Shown here piece by piece: positions 12,007-23,992 of a stretch of 64,000 bases of DNA. How positions within the stretch are numbered: the stretch's first letter is position 1; the number at the start of each line of letters is the position of its first letter. This stretch comes from Alloascoidea hylecoeti (taxonomy: Eukaryota): assembly GCA_001600815.1 (NCBI GenBank), contig BCKZ01000007.1:792059-856058 (forward strand). The letters are read 5' to 3'. The notes below the pieces were generated by a model. It made no database searches and was not told where the DNA came from. It saw only the letters and a list, made by a program, of their open reading frames with translations. A program made the translations under genes and the position numbers.

Positions 12007-13099
12007 AATAGTTGATATATTTATTATAGTATTGATTATGGCGATAATGATAAAGAAAAAGAGCTCGAGTGAAAAAAATCGTACCCTTTTTTAACGTTAT
12101 ATGCATAATATCAAGAAGGTATAAATGTATGAAACTTAAACGTCAAATAAAACTAAGACCATATCCAACAGTGTGTGACTTGTATTATATAACTTTTACT
12201 AAAATAAACATTAAGTTCGACGCTGGAGATGGTCTAAGGTTTATAGAGTGATGCTACATCCTAATCTGTTCTGTAGATTACGCTCCTGATTATAATTGTA
12301 AGGAACTCTCATTCAGAATCTGGAGTTTGTATTGTGTGTTGTCAAACATTTATTGTTGTTACCTTTGTGTTGCAATAGTTTACCGTCTCGTCTTCAATGT
12401 TACGATTATTTAGTATTCCTTTGTGAAGCTAGATACAAATATATATATTATATATATATACTTTTAATTATATTTCCTTTTATTACTTAATACTTATTGA
12501 CTCAATCGCAGCAATACAGATACGAGCACTTCGTATATATATCGATCTCATAGACACGGGGGGATATCCAAAGTATTATATCAATAGCAGCAGGTCGGTC
12601 ATACTTGTGGTCGAATAATTATCCATGATGTAGGCGAATATATGACTCAATAAGTGGTTGATATTTACACACTGTAACTATTAACTAATGGAACTTTAAT
12701 ATTTTGGAGACCACATCGCAGGCAATGAAAGTTTTTGAAATTCAATTTTTGTTGTTGTTTTAAAACTTTATTAACGAATATTAACCCTAATTTCTCTAAA
12801 CTACTCAAGTTGGATAATTAGAGTTAAAGGGCCCACACCGCGGAAAACACATTTAAAAGAATGAATGTATCAACAGTTTTAAGCAATCACACACACAGGG
12901 AAATTTAGAGCAACCGCACCGCACGACAATAAGATAATAGAGTTTTATTGAATTTTTGTTTGATTTTCATTTATTTGAGTTATTGGGCACATTATAATGT
13001 ATGGTAGTGCAGAATATTACATGATCTGAAGGTGAACGGAATTTTTTATCACAGTTCTTTGAGAGCCTTTATCGTCACTCTCGTATGTGTTTGGCAAAT

Positions 13100-14280
13100 T
13101 TGCGAGTAGCGGTCAAGAAGTGATTGATTTATCTGACTCATAACTCTGAAACTGAAAGATGACCCATGGCCTTCTTGAGTCTGGCTTTAATTATCGCTAA
13201 CTACGAATCATTTTACACTTTTGAGCTTGTGACACGGTTTTAGGTCTAAAGAACTAACATAAAATCTTGACTAAAAGAGCATTTCTCAAGGAATTATTAT
13301 TAAATAAAATATATTATGTGTCACAGTACCAGTTCCTATTAAGGTTTCACACAACCAATCACAATCGATGAAACGATTAAATAGTATTTACATAGAGGAA
13401 TCCTCATTCTGTTGAGAATCATCTTAACATCACAGAACCACGGGAAACCATTCCTAAATTTAATAATCTACTTTAACTACTTTTTCTATTATTACATTTT
13501 GTATTGTAAATTGGAGCTTAAAGGTTATTTAAATATAACCGTGACATTATGTAGAGCCTAACCAATCGAAACATCATGGAGACGATTACAGTAGTCGGTA
13601 AGCGTTTGTTTCTACAACTTGTTGAGATGGAAGTGATGCGCCAGTCAAAAAGTGATTCAACTGGTTCATCTGATAACTCTACAAACTTCTAAAAAATGCT
13701 TCTTGGTCTTCTTGACACTCCCTTTATTTACTCCTTTAATCATCCCTAACTTTTTGTGCTCGTGTTTTATATAAAGTTTGAGCTTGTGCCACACAGTTTT
13801 CGATGAGATTTGGCTTTGGGGAGTTCACAGGCTATACATGTTCCATTTTGAATTCCCTCCTTGTTGGGTTTTGATATTATGATTGGGGAATTGTCCTCTT
13901 GAAGAATAATACTTTAAAAAGCTTAAATTAAAGGTATCTCTACCCGTTATTATACTTTTCTGATATACATTAATTGGGGTTTCCCTTTGTAACAGACTAA
14001 TATCACGTTTTTTCGTCAGGCTTCTTTGTAATCCTCATTAGGCATCTACGATCATGCGAAGATACCTTTATGGCCTGTAACTTGGTCGTGTGTTCTACAG
14101 TGTAAGATGTCCTGTAAGGAAGCTAGACGAGTCTCCCGGCATTCTGAGGATAACCTACAATTCTGCCATTTTAGATACGTATGAGATGATGCGACCAAAA
14201 AAAGAGATACTACTTTTGCTCTCTAGTCAGCCGAGCCAATGGCGTTAAATTATTAAGTTTTCGATGAGATATTCACAAAT
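13100..14280. repeat. Degenerate direct repeats of about 0.5 kb period (2-3 copies)
   Basis: GTCAAGAAGTGATT...ATAACTCT...CTTCTTG...TTTGAGCTTGTG at ~13112-13232 recurs at ~13644-13790; GTTTTCGATGAGAT at ~13796 and ~14257. Confidence 0.55.
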
Positions 14281-14810
14281 AAAGTTAATCGAAATTTACA
14301 AGTTCTGAGTGAACCATTTTCAGACCGCAATCATATGTGACCTACTTTACATTTTGATTGCTCGAGTTCTTTTATACCCTACATTTTCTATGATATGCAC
14401 ACGGGTACTTATTCAATATCACGATCGTAAATGCTGTGCACGTGAGCTGTTGTTTCATACTTTCAACCATGAAAGGGTTCAAGAACTACGAAGGGCGGGT
14501 AAATCATCGATTCTGGTGTGTGCCATAAAATGGTACTCTTACATTATTCAATAAATTAAGGTGAAGTTTCTAAAATTTTCCAACAGTGAGGAAATGACCA
14601 TCTACAAGTGGCTTATTTTCATGAAACTAGGAGATCAATGATCAGGTCACCGAAAGCCGAGGAAATGGAACTGGGATGACGTACTGACATAGCTAAGGCA
14701 AACGAATGGTTTACCACAAAATAGGATCCCTATTAAGAGTTTATCTAGAATATATAAAAAGTTAAATATCCGGTGGCTTTGAATAATTAAGTATAATAAC
14801 ACTAATCATA

Positions 14811-15214
14811 ATGTCCCGCAATTCAAGTGATAAAACCCCATCACTCGTTGATGTAAGTAAAAAAACTAAATTTAAAATATTGTACTAACTAAGGCAAAGG
14901 ACAAGAACGCCTGGGCCAATGCTTTTACCGCTACCATAAAGGCACTAACCTTCCCCTGGTGGGGATGGTTAATTATAGGTGTATTTTTTATGGCTGGTTT
15001 ATTATATGGTGTCTAGCTCACTTATGTGAAGCCAAAAAAGGTGAAATATGATTTTGAATTGAAAAAAGTAAAACTTCAGAGAGAAGTGGAATCACTGGCT
15101 TTCATGAGAACCAAACCTCAACCTCCATCAATGGTACTTTCTCCGCCTCCTCCTCTTCCTCAACCACCTACCATAGCAAAGTTACATAATATGTGTAGAC
15201 GAGGAAACCAATAA
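14811..15214 (+). other. Intron-containing orphan single-pass membrane microprotein locus with one in-frame TAG (15014-15016)
   Basis: ATG 14811, GTAAGT 14853, TACTAAC 14883, AG 14893 or 14899; spliced frame MSRNSSDKTPSLVD|(AK)DKNAWANAF...FPWWGWLIIGVFFMAGLLYGV*LTYVKPKK...PPPPLPQPP...*. Confidence 0.65.
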
Positions 15215-15813
15215 TGAAATGTTGTTATATTAATCGACTTTTTATTATTGGTGGAATTAAAGAAATTTAAATAACAAATAAACAAAAATTTATCTTGTAA
15301 AAATAATCTATCCTTTGTTTACTATAATATATATTTAACATATCTTCTAATATATATACATTTTATTTCCATTTTTATAGAATTAAAGAGCAAATAACAC
15401 GTTCTGTTGTTTATATAAATTTAAATTTAATACAAATTATACTATGTTAATCTAAAAGCATAAATTTGAAAGGGTAAAAATATATAACCATTAACTCTTC
15501 ATCTTAATGCGATAATAAAATCAACAAAAATAAAATAAAATAAAATAAAACAAAGTAGTATAAGATAGGCATAATTTTTAACAGTAAGTATATGTTTGAA
15601 AAGAGAGAAAAACTAATTTAACAAGTAATCATTATGCTTCAATAAATTCAATACACATTTAAGCTTATAACTTATAATAATAATTAAAATGAGATAAAAC
15701 ATAAATAGTGATTCAATGGGAGAGTGCTCAGAGAGTATTGGCAGGAATCCTTATTGGTTGAAAGACATTATTTTGTTTAATATAATTCATATTTGTTCTT
15801 ATATTCTAATCAA

Positions 15814-18054
15814 TTAAGATATAGCCAATTTCTCTATTGGAATCTCATTACTAATATCATCTTTAATAGAATTCTTTTCATTTAATTCTGTAACAGCCGT
15901 AGGTTTTGTTCCTGATAATTCACTTTCTTTCTGTAAGTCTATTATGTCAGTTGCCGTATGAGTGTTATAATGATTATTAGAACCACTACCAACTACAGTT
16001 CTATTGTTAACGAATTGTCTTCTTTGATTATATCCATTATTATTGTTATGTCCATTGTTAAAATTTCTAAATCCATTATTATATTGGCCTTGCACCCGTT
16101 GATTGTAATATTTTGGGCCCTTATGGCCACCAGCCTTATAATTGACATTCTGTTGATTCATCATGCCCATATTAGGAGCAGGTGGAATAGAGTTCACCGG
16201 GAGTGAAAGAATACCCCCTGGAACTTGTCCTTGTAGTTGCATTGGCCCGGAAGGAGGTGGAGATGACATTGGATATACAAGTGTAGTATTCATCGCAGCT
16301 GGCGATCCAGGGTTGGGGAACGGGCCTGTTGGAGGTGAGTTGATAGGATACATTCCAAAATTTGGGGAACCATTAGGCTCAGAGGGAGAAGAGAATATCA
16401 AAGGAGTGTACATCGTGGGATATGGTTGTTGTGATTGAATTGGTATTGCTTGGGGTGGAGGGGTTTGAATGTAAGACTGCTGATTAACTTGCAATTGCGC
16501 TTGTCCTAAATATGGAGAAGCCACATTAGGGCTAATATAACCGGGTGGAGTTAAACCTGAAATTATAGGTTGTGGACTATATAAATTATTCATAGGTGAA
16601 AACATTTGTGGTTGCGGCAATTGGGAATTTTGGATAACTGGGGTACCTCCAGTTGGAGGAGGAGGAGGAGGATTTGACACAATACTTCCCATACTATTAG
16701 CATAAGCAACATTTTGATAAAAGGGTTGGTTCATAGGTATAGGTGCCATTTGATTCATATACAATGGTTGAGATTGATTTATTGGACTAAATGATCCTGG
16801 TAAAGGGGGCGGAAAAAACCCTGCATTTTGTTGATTCATATCAACAAAGTTAACATTGTGATTATTATTTTTATGACCATTTCCATAATTATTATGTCTT
16901 CTATTAATTGTATTTCCAGCTCTGTGTTGAGTGTTATTTCTTGTTTGATATTTATTATTATAACCTCCATAAGTATTATTCAAATTGGATGGATTAGAAG
17001 CAATGGCAAACCTTGATCTGTCATAAGTGGCCGCTTCTTCGGCATCATTATAGTTTTTGAAATTATAATTTAACCCACTTGATGAAGAACTTCGACTGGT
17101 GTTAGACCCAAGTGTCTCAGTTGTATCATTGGGTTGAAGTTTACTGGATTCTTCATTTTCTCCTTCACCCGGCTGTGAAAAGTCTTTAAAGATCCGTTCA
17201 CGCGCCTTGAGATATTCAGCTTCTTTAAAAGCTCTCTTACTCTCTAAATCACCATCATTTTGAGGCTGAGGATCATTTGAATTTGCAGATTCAGCTTTAT
17301 GATCAGAATATGTTGAATCAGGCGTTTTATCATCAGGTACTGTTCCAGCTTCCACATGATCAGATTCCTCAATTGCTGAAGTAGGAGGTACTGGGTTTGC
17401 GACATTATTATCACGTTTCATCAATTTAAAACTTGCTGGAGTAGCATTGGAATTTCGTTCACCCGAAACACCAGAAGTAGATGACGTATTATTGCTACTG
17501 GAAGTCGAATTAACATCATTTGGGATATATTTTGTTATAACATTTGCAAGTTTAGGGATTGCAGCCAAATCCACTTTTGAATTTGGAGTTTTATAAACAA
17601 TAACCGTATTCCCAGAACTACTTACAACATGACCCAAGCGGTAATAGTCCGCCACTTGATGAGACAATAAGCGGTAATAAGAGTTCATCTGTTTCAATTC
17701 AAGTGATGGAACATCAGTGTTTATAAATAATATAAGTTCTTTTTCCAACCTTAAAACAAATATCCGATCTCTTGAGTTAACTAATGCATTTTGTAAGCTT
17801 TGGGGAATACGTTTTAATGGGTCAGTTTCAATGTAGTTTTTTGGAGCAGAACCAGGAATTGAAGGCAATTGGTGATGTTGATCAGCTTGTTCATGTAAGG
17901 AAGCATGTGTCCGGGGCTCTGCACCCGTAGCAGTAGTATCGCCCTTAGTGGGTTCTGTCGAATCATCCGCATAAGCCGTAGAAAAGGGTAGATGAATGGG
18001 GGGTTGAGGGTTCGACTGACCTCCCACAGTCACTAAGGGTACCGATGATGACAT
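15814..18054 (-). CDS. RBS1: R3H/SUZ RNA-binding protein with N/Q/P-rich tail
   Basis: DRIFVLRLEK...MNSYYRLLSHQVADYYRLGH (R3H) and KEAEYLKARERIF (SUZ); lies between PPH and RPL35 as in S. cerevisiae. Confidence 0.88.
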   Translation of the reverse strand: MSSSVPLVTVGGQSNPQPPIHLPFSTAYADDSTEPTKGDTTATGAEPRTHASLHEQADQHHQLPSIPGSAPKNYIETDPLKRIPQSLQNALVNSRDRIFVLRLEKELILFINTDVPSLELKQMNSYYRLLSHQVADYYRLGHVVSSSGNTVIVYKTPNSKVDLAAIPKLANVITKYIPNDVNSTSSSNNTSSTSGVSGERNSNATPASFKLMKRDNNVANPVPPTSAIEESDHVEAGTVPDDKTPDSTYSDHKAESANSNDPQPQNDGDLESKRAFKEAEYLKARERIFKDFSQPGEGENEESSKLQPNDTTETLGSNTSRSSSSSGLNYNFKNYNDAEEAATYDRSRFAIASNPSNLNNTYGGYNNKYQTRNNTQHRAGNTINRRHNNYGNGHKNNNHNVNFVDMNQQNAGFFPPPLPGSFSPINQSQPLYMNQMAPIPMNQPFYQNVAYANSMGSIVSNPPPPPPTGGTPVIQNSQLPQPQMFSPMNNLYSPQPIISGLTPPGYISPNVASPYLGQAQLQVNQQSYIQTPPPQAIPIQSQQPYPTMYTPLIFSSPSEPNGSPNFGMYPINSPPTGPFPNPGSPAAMNTTLVYPMSSPPPSGPMQLQGQVPGGILSLPVNSIPPAPNMGMMNQQNVNYKAGGHKGPKYYNQRVQGQYNNGFRNFNNGHNNNNGYNQRRQFVNNRTVVGSGSNNHYNTHTATDIIDLQKESELSGTKPTAVTELNEKNSIKDDISNEIPIEKLAIS

Positions 18055-18661
18055 ATTTCGTTCCGTAGATGTAGTAATTTCACCCGAAGGATAAATATGA
18101 CGACTAATAGTATAAGTAAAAAAGGAGGGGACAAAGAAAACCTTTCCTAAAATTGGACAAAAAATAGAATAAAGACAGTTCTAGAGATTTAATATAAATG
18201 AGCAAGATGTAGTAGCTATATTGGATTGGATAGCTTAACCGGGTGTTAATCAGATGACACACAAAATGGCCGAGTACTTTCAACTTTCAACCTTCAATGT
18301 TTCGTGTTACACCTCTGTTCAGTCTGCGTCCTGCGTCCTGATTCCAACGTTCGTTCAATAATAATTGAGCAGACAGGTGATAAATTCTGGAAAATAGTGA
18401 CAAACCTTTAAGGAGGTTAATAAAGTGATCGCTTAGAAAAGAGAAAATCAAGTGGAACTAATTATAAAGTGTTGGAAATTAATTAATACGGAAAGCAGGT
18501 GACTCGTAAAACATCCATACATCTGCATATCTGAAACATTACTCGGTCTACACTATCACAGTAAATTAGCAATATATACGGTAATGACAGCATTGACTCT
18601 ATTCACTGATAAATTAAACATTGTGGGGCTCTAGATATGAATCCAACTATATTAAAAGAGC

Positions 18662-19344
18662 CTAGGCTTTGATGGCATACTTTCTCTGTGGGAAAGCAAC
18701 TCTCTTCTTCTGTTGTTTAACTGTAACAGCAGAGGCTTCAGCTTTGGTCAAACGTCTTCTGATAGCTCTGGTCTTCTTGGCTCTCAAGTCCTTTGGTAAG
18801 TATCTAGAACCGTTCTTAGCGTATAATTGACGGACGGCTTCACGTTGTTGCAAGTTGATGATGGTCAAAACTCGGGCAATGTTCTTACGAACAGTGTGAA
18901 TCTTTGGGAGAGATGGCTTTGTGAGCTTTTGAACTCTGAGAGCAGCGAGTTCTTTCTTTAGCTCAACAAGTTCTTCTTCAAGATCTTTTTTGGATTTTTG
19001 TCGAAGTTCGTAAGCTTTGAGTCCAGCCTATTATATCAAAATACTGTTAGTGATTGATCGTACGGATTACTTTCTTTAAGAGTTGTAACAATTGCTGTAA
19101 ATAGGAAAGGTGAGAGCGTCGTCTTTAGGATTCATTCTGAGCAATTATACAGGTAGTTGTTGATATATATATAGATGTCTACCCACTGACTTGGGAATGG
19201 TTGTGATTCAATCATTTATTTTCACTGGTTTTGATCCATTTTTAGTGATGTTTGAGTCGTTTAGTGTCGAATATTTCCCCCGACCTATTTACTATCTTCG
19301 CTAATTTGTTATACTCCTCTAGACTGTGAAATTTAACATACCAT
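18662..19344 (-). CDS. RPL35: Ribosomal protein L35 (122 aa); exon1 is the ATG only (19344..19342), intron 19341..19028
   Basis: [14 protein letters not shown]...[17 protein letters not shown]...[16 protein letters not shown]...CACTAAC...TAG. Confidence 0.97.
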
Positions 19345-19455
19345 TTTGTTGATTTTTTTTGTTTTATGAATCACTAATATTTGATGGAGTTACATTTGAA
19401 AGAAACAGTTAGTGCTCATATTTACACATGAAATTGTCGATGGGCAATCTAAAAA

Positions 19456-19471
19456 TAGGGTTGCGCCCTAA
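19456..19471. promoter_or_regulatory. Palindromic TAGGG-N5-CCCTA site (Tbf1-type) upstream of RPL35
   Basis: TAGGGTTGCGCCCTAA about 110 bp upstream of the RPL35 ATG. Confidence 0.5.
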
Positions 19472-19547
19472 TATACATTACATGTAGGTAAGCAGTGTGC
19501 ACTAATGTATCAGGCCATTGTGAATACAGAATAATTGGTCCTCACTT

Positions 19548-19790
19548 ATTAAAAAAAAAACATATTCAAATGGTAATGGTAATGTCTCTCAACATTTCTC
19601 AAATTTACAAATCCACCAAACTGTTAAATTTAGTGGTTCTATTGGAAGAATGCCATATGTTTGTAATATGACAAAATTAAACGTTTTGATTACTGGTGGA
19701 ACTGGTATATCACCAATATTACAATAACCCCACATATATGCAACAAATATAAGTTTAATTGTAATGAAATGGAATATGATATTTTTTTAT
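19548..19790 (+). pseudogene. Fragment of an NADH-cytochrome b5 reductase (CBR1/PGA3-type)
   Basis: KTYSNGNGNVSQHFSNLQIHQTVKFSGSIGRMPYVCNMTKLNVLITGGTGISPILQ* covers the FAD/NAD junction with the GGTGIxP motif; no start, stop at 19725. Confidence 0.8.
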
Positions 19791-19843
19791 CTATTTTTAT
19801 TTTAGCAATACTGATTATTATAATAACATATTATGAATGGTAT

Positions 19844-20134
19844 TCAAATTCTATAAACTTTCACTGCAATTAATATTGAGGCATTACAGGAAGTTGATAT
19901 TGCTGGAATTGGATGAGTAGGAGGAGGATTTGATCTTAGATAAGCTGCCTCAGCTTCTATTTGTGCTCCTAATGAATACTCGGCTAGTACTAGATCAACC
20001 TCAATTCTCCTTTTATCCAACTTATAATTGCAAATAATTTGGGTAAAATTTATTCTTTTAAATGAAAAAACCTCCCCCTTGCGATCATAATGATACAAAC
20101 GACCCAAACCGGCAAGGAGGGTGTCTTATCCCAT
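19844..20134 (-). pseudogene. Frameshifted relative of the 14811..15214 orphan membrane microprotein
   Basis: ATG 20134, shifted frame DKTPSLPVWVVCIIMIA, then second frame RRIEVDLVLAEYSLGAQIEAEAAYLRSNPPP. Confidence 0.5.
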
Positions 20135-20496
20135 AAGTTTATTTGTTGTAGTAATATATATTAAATTTAGCGGTACCGTTAGGTTAAAAAAAACCATTAT
20201 TTACTCTGTTGACCGATCAAAATCAGTGTAATCGATTAAATAATTATCACGTGTGCGACGAGTATATTAATGCCTGAATGATAGAAAATAATATATAACT
20301 TAATCAAAAAGTGAAGAAAATCCCTAAAAGTCTCTGTATCACGAGTAATGCTCTTATATTTTTTTCTGGAAATGATAAGATTTCACTTGTAAAGACCAAA
20401 ACTTGTTATATTCAAATTCTCAATTAAATGTGTAGTAACTTTAACTTCCTAAATTTTAGCCAGAGACCCGTTGAGCTTCATCACATATCGACTTAC

Positions 20497-20763
20497 TCAA
20501 AAGGCAGGATTTCTCAAGTATATACCGTTCAAATGAACCTTCTAGAGAATGACAGCATCGGGTGTGAATTATGAAGTATTTATACTGATGGAACATTGCA
20601 CTAATCACGGTCTTATTCATTTCATGAACACCCAACTTGTAAACAAATTAACTGAACATGAAATTTTAGAAATAACTGCTGATTAGATATAATATTGAGT
20701 AGAAGATAGATCGTTGACTCTGTGAAATGCATTAGAACATTACATCAGGATTTGAAAATTGAC
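20497..20763 (+). pseudogene. Fragment of an ARK1/PRK1-family kinase
   Basis: SKGRISQVYTVQM (degenerate Gly loop), [35 protein letters not shown] and HQDLKID, resembling Prk1/Ark1 YEVFVLMEYC..GGLIDFMNTRLQNRL and HRDIKIEN. Confidence 0.82.
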
Positions 20764-21010
20764 ATAAACTCCTTCTATGGCCAATTTCTAAACCTTTGAT
20801 AATGAAGAAAAAGAATTTTTAGAACTCACATTTCATAATTTAGTGATAAAACTACCAATCAATCTAATTAATATTAATGTAATTGAAATTAATATTTATA
20901 TATAATTAAATAAGTACTATGAAAGCTAAGTGACATAAACAATTGAATGAAAGATAAAATAACAATATTAATATTTATATTCATATTTATATTTATATAA
21001 TATAATATAT

Positions 21011-21634
<624 letters not shown>

Positions 21635-21874
21635 CTACAACGCCAAAAGGGACCATTTTCAATAAGCACAGAAAAGAAGATTTCCAGAAGATCAGAAACA
21701 AACAATCAAAACATACTTTATCAGACAAAGAAGTTGAGGATTATGAGTGGCAATATATCAAATATATTGAGAAAGGAGAAAAGAAATGCAAAACAAACAA
21801 AAACAATTACCCTGCTCGAGTCAACCTCTTTAAATCCCAGGAGACCTCCACCCTACAAAACCAGGAACACATTT

Positions 21875-23992
21875 ATGACGACGCTTCCTGAGAATCTGCC
21901 CTCCCCGTCCCCCGTGGCCTTGGGGAACCCACCCCTAAACCCGTCTTGCTTTCCCGAAACGGCCTTCCTGAAAGCAACCAACTCCTTCAGTGGATCGAAT
22001 CATGGAGATTCGGACGATGAAGAATCGGTTCGACCTCAAAAACCCTCCTTGTGGAGACAACTATATATCATATTTTTCAACCCAGATGAGAAAGATCGCA
22101 GCTCTGAATTAATGGCTGCTGCTGTTGGCTTATTCACGGCTGTCGGTGGCTTTCTGTATGGTTACGATACGGGGGTTGCAAATGGATTTTTGGCGATGCC
22201 ATGGGTGAGATCTGTCTTTCCTTCCAATGGGAGCTACTTTTCATCGACAGAAACATCTTTAATTACTTCTATTTTGTCACTCGGGACTTTTTTCGGGGCT
22301 CTGTTCTCCCCTTTTCTTTCAGATACCCTCGGACGACGTTGGGCCATTATAATATCCACAACTCTCATATTCAACGTAGGGGTCGTTTTGCAAATCATCT
22401 CGAAGACTATCACTCTTCTTTGTGTGGGCCGGTGCATTGCTGGTTTCGGTGTCGGTATAGTATCTGCCGTTGTACCAGTATACCAATCGGAAGCTGCTCC
22501 AAAGTGGGTTAGAGGTGCCATAGTATGCACTTATCAGTGGGCAATCACGTTAGGTTTACTCCTATCCTCCGTTTTAGCTCAAGCCACTCATAAACGAAAT
22601 GACAGTGGATGTTACCGAATTCCAATTGCTTTACAATTATCTTGGTCTCTCGCATTAGGTTTCGGTATGTTTTTCTTGCCCGATACCCCTCGTTTCTATG
22701 TTAAAAATAATCAAATCGCGAAAGCTGCAAAATCTTTATCCCGACTACGAAAACTTCCCATTACGGATCCAGACCTAATTGAAGAACTCGTTGAGATTAA
22801 AGCAAATCATGATTATGAAGCATCATTAGGTGAAAGTACATTAAGAGATTGTTTTAGACGCGATAAAAATAAACAATTACTTCGTATGATTACTGGTATG
22901 TCTTTACAAGCTCTACAACAATTAACTGGTGTTAATTTTGTAATTTATTATGGTACAAATTTCTTTGAAAAATCAGGTATACCAAATTCTTTTTTGATGA
23001 GTTGTATTACAAATGTTGTTAATGTGGTTGCAACTTTCCCAGGAATGGTACTTGTTGAATTAATTGGACGACGAAATTTATTGGTATTTGGTGCAGTAGG
23101 AATGGCTGTTTGTGATTATATTATATCAATAGTTGGAATGACTACTGATAATTCAATTGTTGCAAATCGAATTATGATCACTTTTATCTGTTTATTTATA
23201 GCCTTCTTCGCTGCAACTTGGGGACCGGTAGCCTGGGTCGTCGTTGGTGAAATGTATCCATTAAGACTACGGGGTAAATCAGTTGCTTTAGCTGCTGCTT
23301 CTAATTGGTTGCTCAACTTTGCCGTTTCTTATGCTACTCCTTATCTGGTTGATGGTGGGAAAGGAAATGCAAATCTTGGATCTAGAATCTTTTTGGTATG
23401 GGGGTCTTGTAATGTTGTCTCCGCAATCTTTGCTTATTTCATCATTTATGAAACTCAGGGATTAACTTTAGAAGAAGTTGATCAAATGTATATGACTTCT
23501 AAAAATGCCATAGCATCTGCTAAATTTAAACCTCGTTCTAGAAAATTAAGAAATCAGCAACAACAAGAACAAGAACAAGAAATGAGAAATAATTTATTTA
23601 ATTTTGGCCAAGATGATGTGTCTGGTTTAGGAAATATAAATAGTTATGGTGGTGTACCAACTTTAAACTTTCAATTCTGGGATCAAAATGGGAATTTTAA
23701 ACTTTCTAGTTTTAATTCACAACCAAGTAGTGCTAATGATACAAGTCATACGGCTATTGATACTGCTTTTAATAGTCCTAATACAATTACTAGTGTTGAT
23801 CATGTTGAACATAATAATGTTATTCAACCAATATCAATGCCATCTGCTCAAAATTCTCCAACTCCTCATATAACTGATATTCAATTACAAATCACACCTA
23901 ATATACGAACGAGAGATAATCATCGTTCAATTTCATCTACTGCATCATCTACAGATACTTCAATGACAAGTTATACATTATCAACAACCTGA
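21875..23992 (+). CDS. SNF3: Snf3/Rgt2-like glucose sensor (sugar porter, 705 aa)
   Basis: GGFLYGYDTG, QQLTGVN and YETQGLTLEEVD motifs with a long S/T/N-rich tail containing SGLGNINSYGGVPTL (sensor-box-like); adjacent to ARF1 as RGT2/SNF3 are in S. cerevisiae. Confidence 0.85.
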   Translation: MTTLPENLPSPSPVALGNPPLNPSCFPETAFLKATNSFSGSNHGDSDDEESVRPQKPSLWRQLYIIFFNPDEKDRSSELMAAAVGLFTAVGGFLYGYDTGVANGFLAMPWVRSVFPSNGSYFSSTETSLITSILSLGTFFGALFSPFLSDTLGRRWAIIISTTLIFNVGVVLQIISKTITLLCVGRCIAGFGVGIVSAVVPVYQSEAAPKWVRGAIVCTYQWAITLGLLLSSVLAQATHKRNDSGCYRIPIALQLSWSLALGFGMFFLPDTPRFYVKNNQIAKAAKSLSRLRKLPITDPDLIEELVEIKANHDYEASLGESTLRDCFRRDKNKQLLRMITGMSLQALQQLTGVNFVIYYGTNFFEKSGIPNSFLMSCITNVVNVVATFPGMVLVELIGRRNLLVFGAVGMAVCDYIISIVGMTTDNSIVANRIMITFICLFIAFFAATWGPVAWVVVGEMYPLRLRGKSVALAAASNWLLNFAVSYATPYLVDGGKGNANLGSRIFLVWGSCNVVSAIFAYFIIYETQGLTLEEVDQMYMTSKNAIASAKFKPRSRKLRNQQQQEQEQEMRNNLFNFGQDDVSGLGNINSYGGVPTLNFQFWDQNGNFKLSSFNSQPSSANDTSHTAIDTAFNSPNTITSVDHVEHNNVIQPISMPSAQNSPTPHITDIQLQITPNIRTRDNHRSISSTASSTDTSMTSYTLSTT

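Noticed and set aside
12270..12670. LTR-like stretch beginning TGTAGAT and ending ATTTACA
   Set aside because: Termini match weakly and there is no TSD or second copy in the window.
19028..19341. Possible intronic snoRNA in RPL35
   Set aside because: No convincing C/D or H/ACA box arrangement seen.
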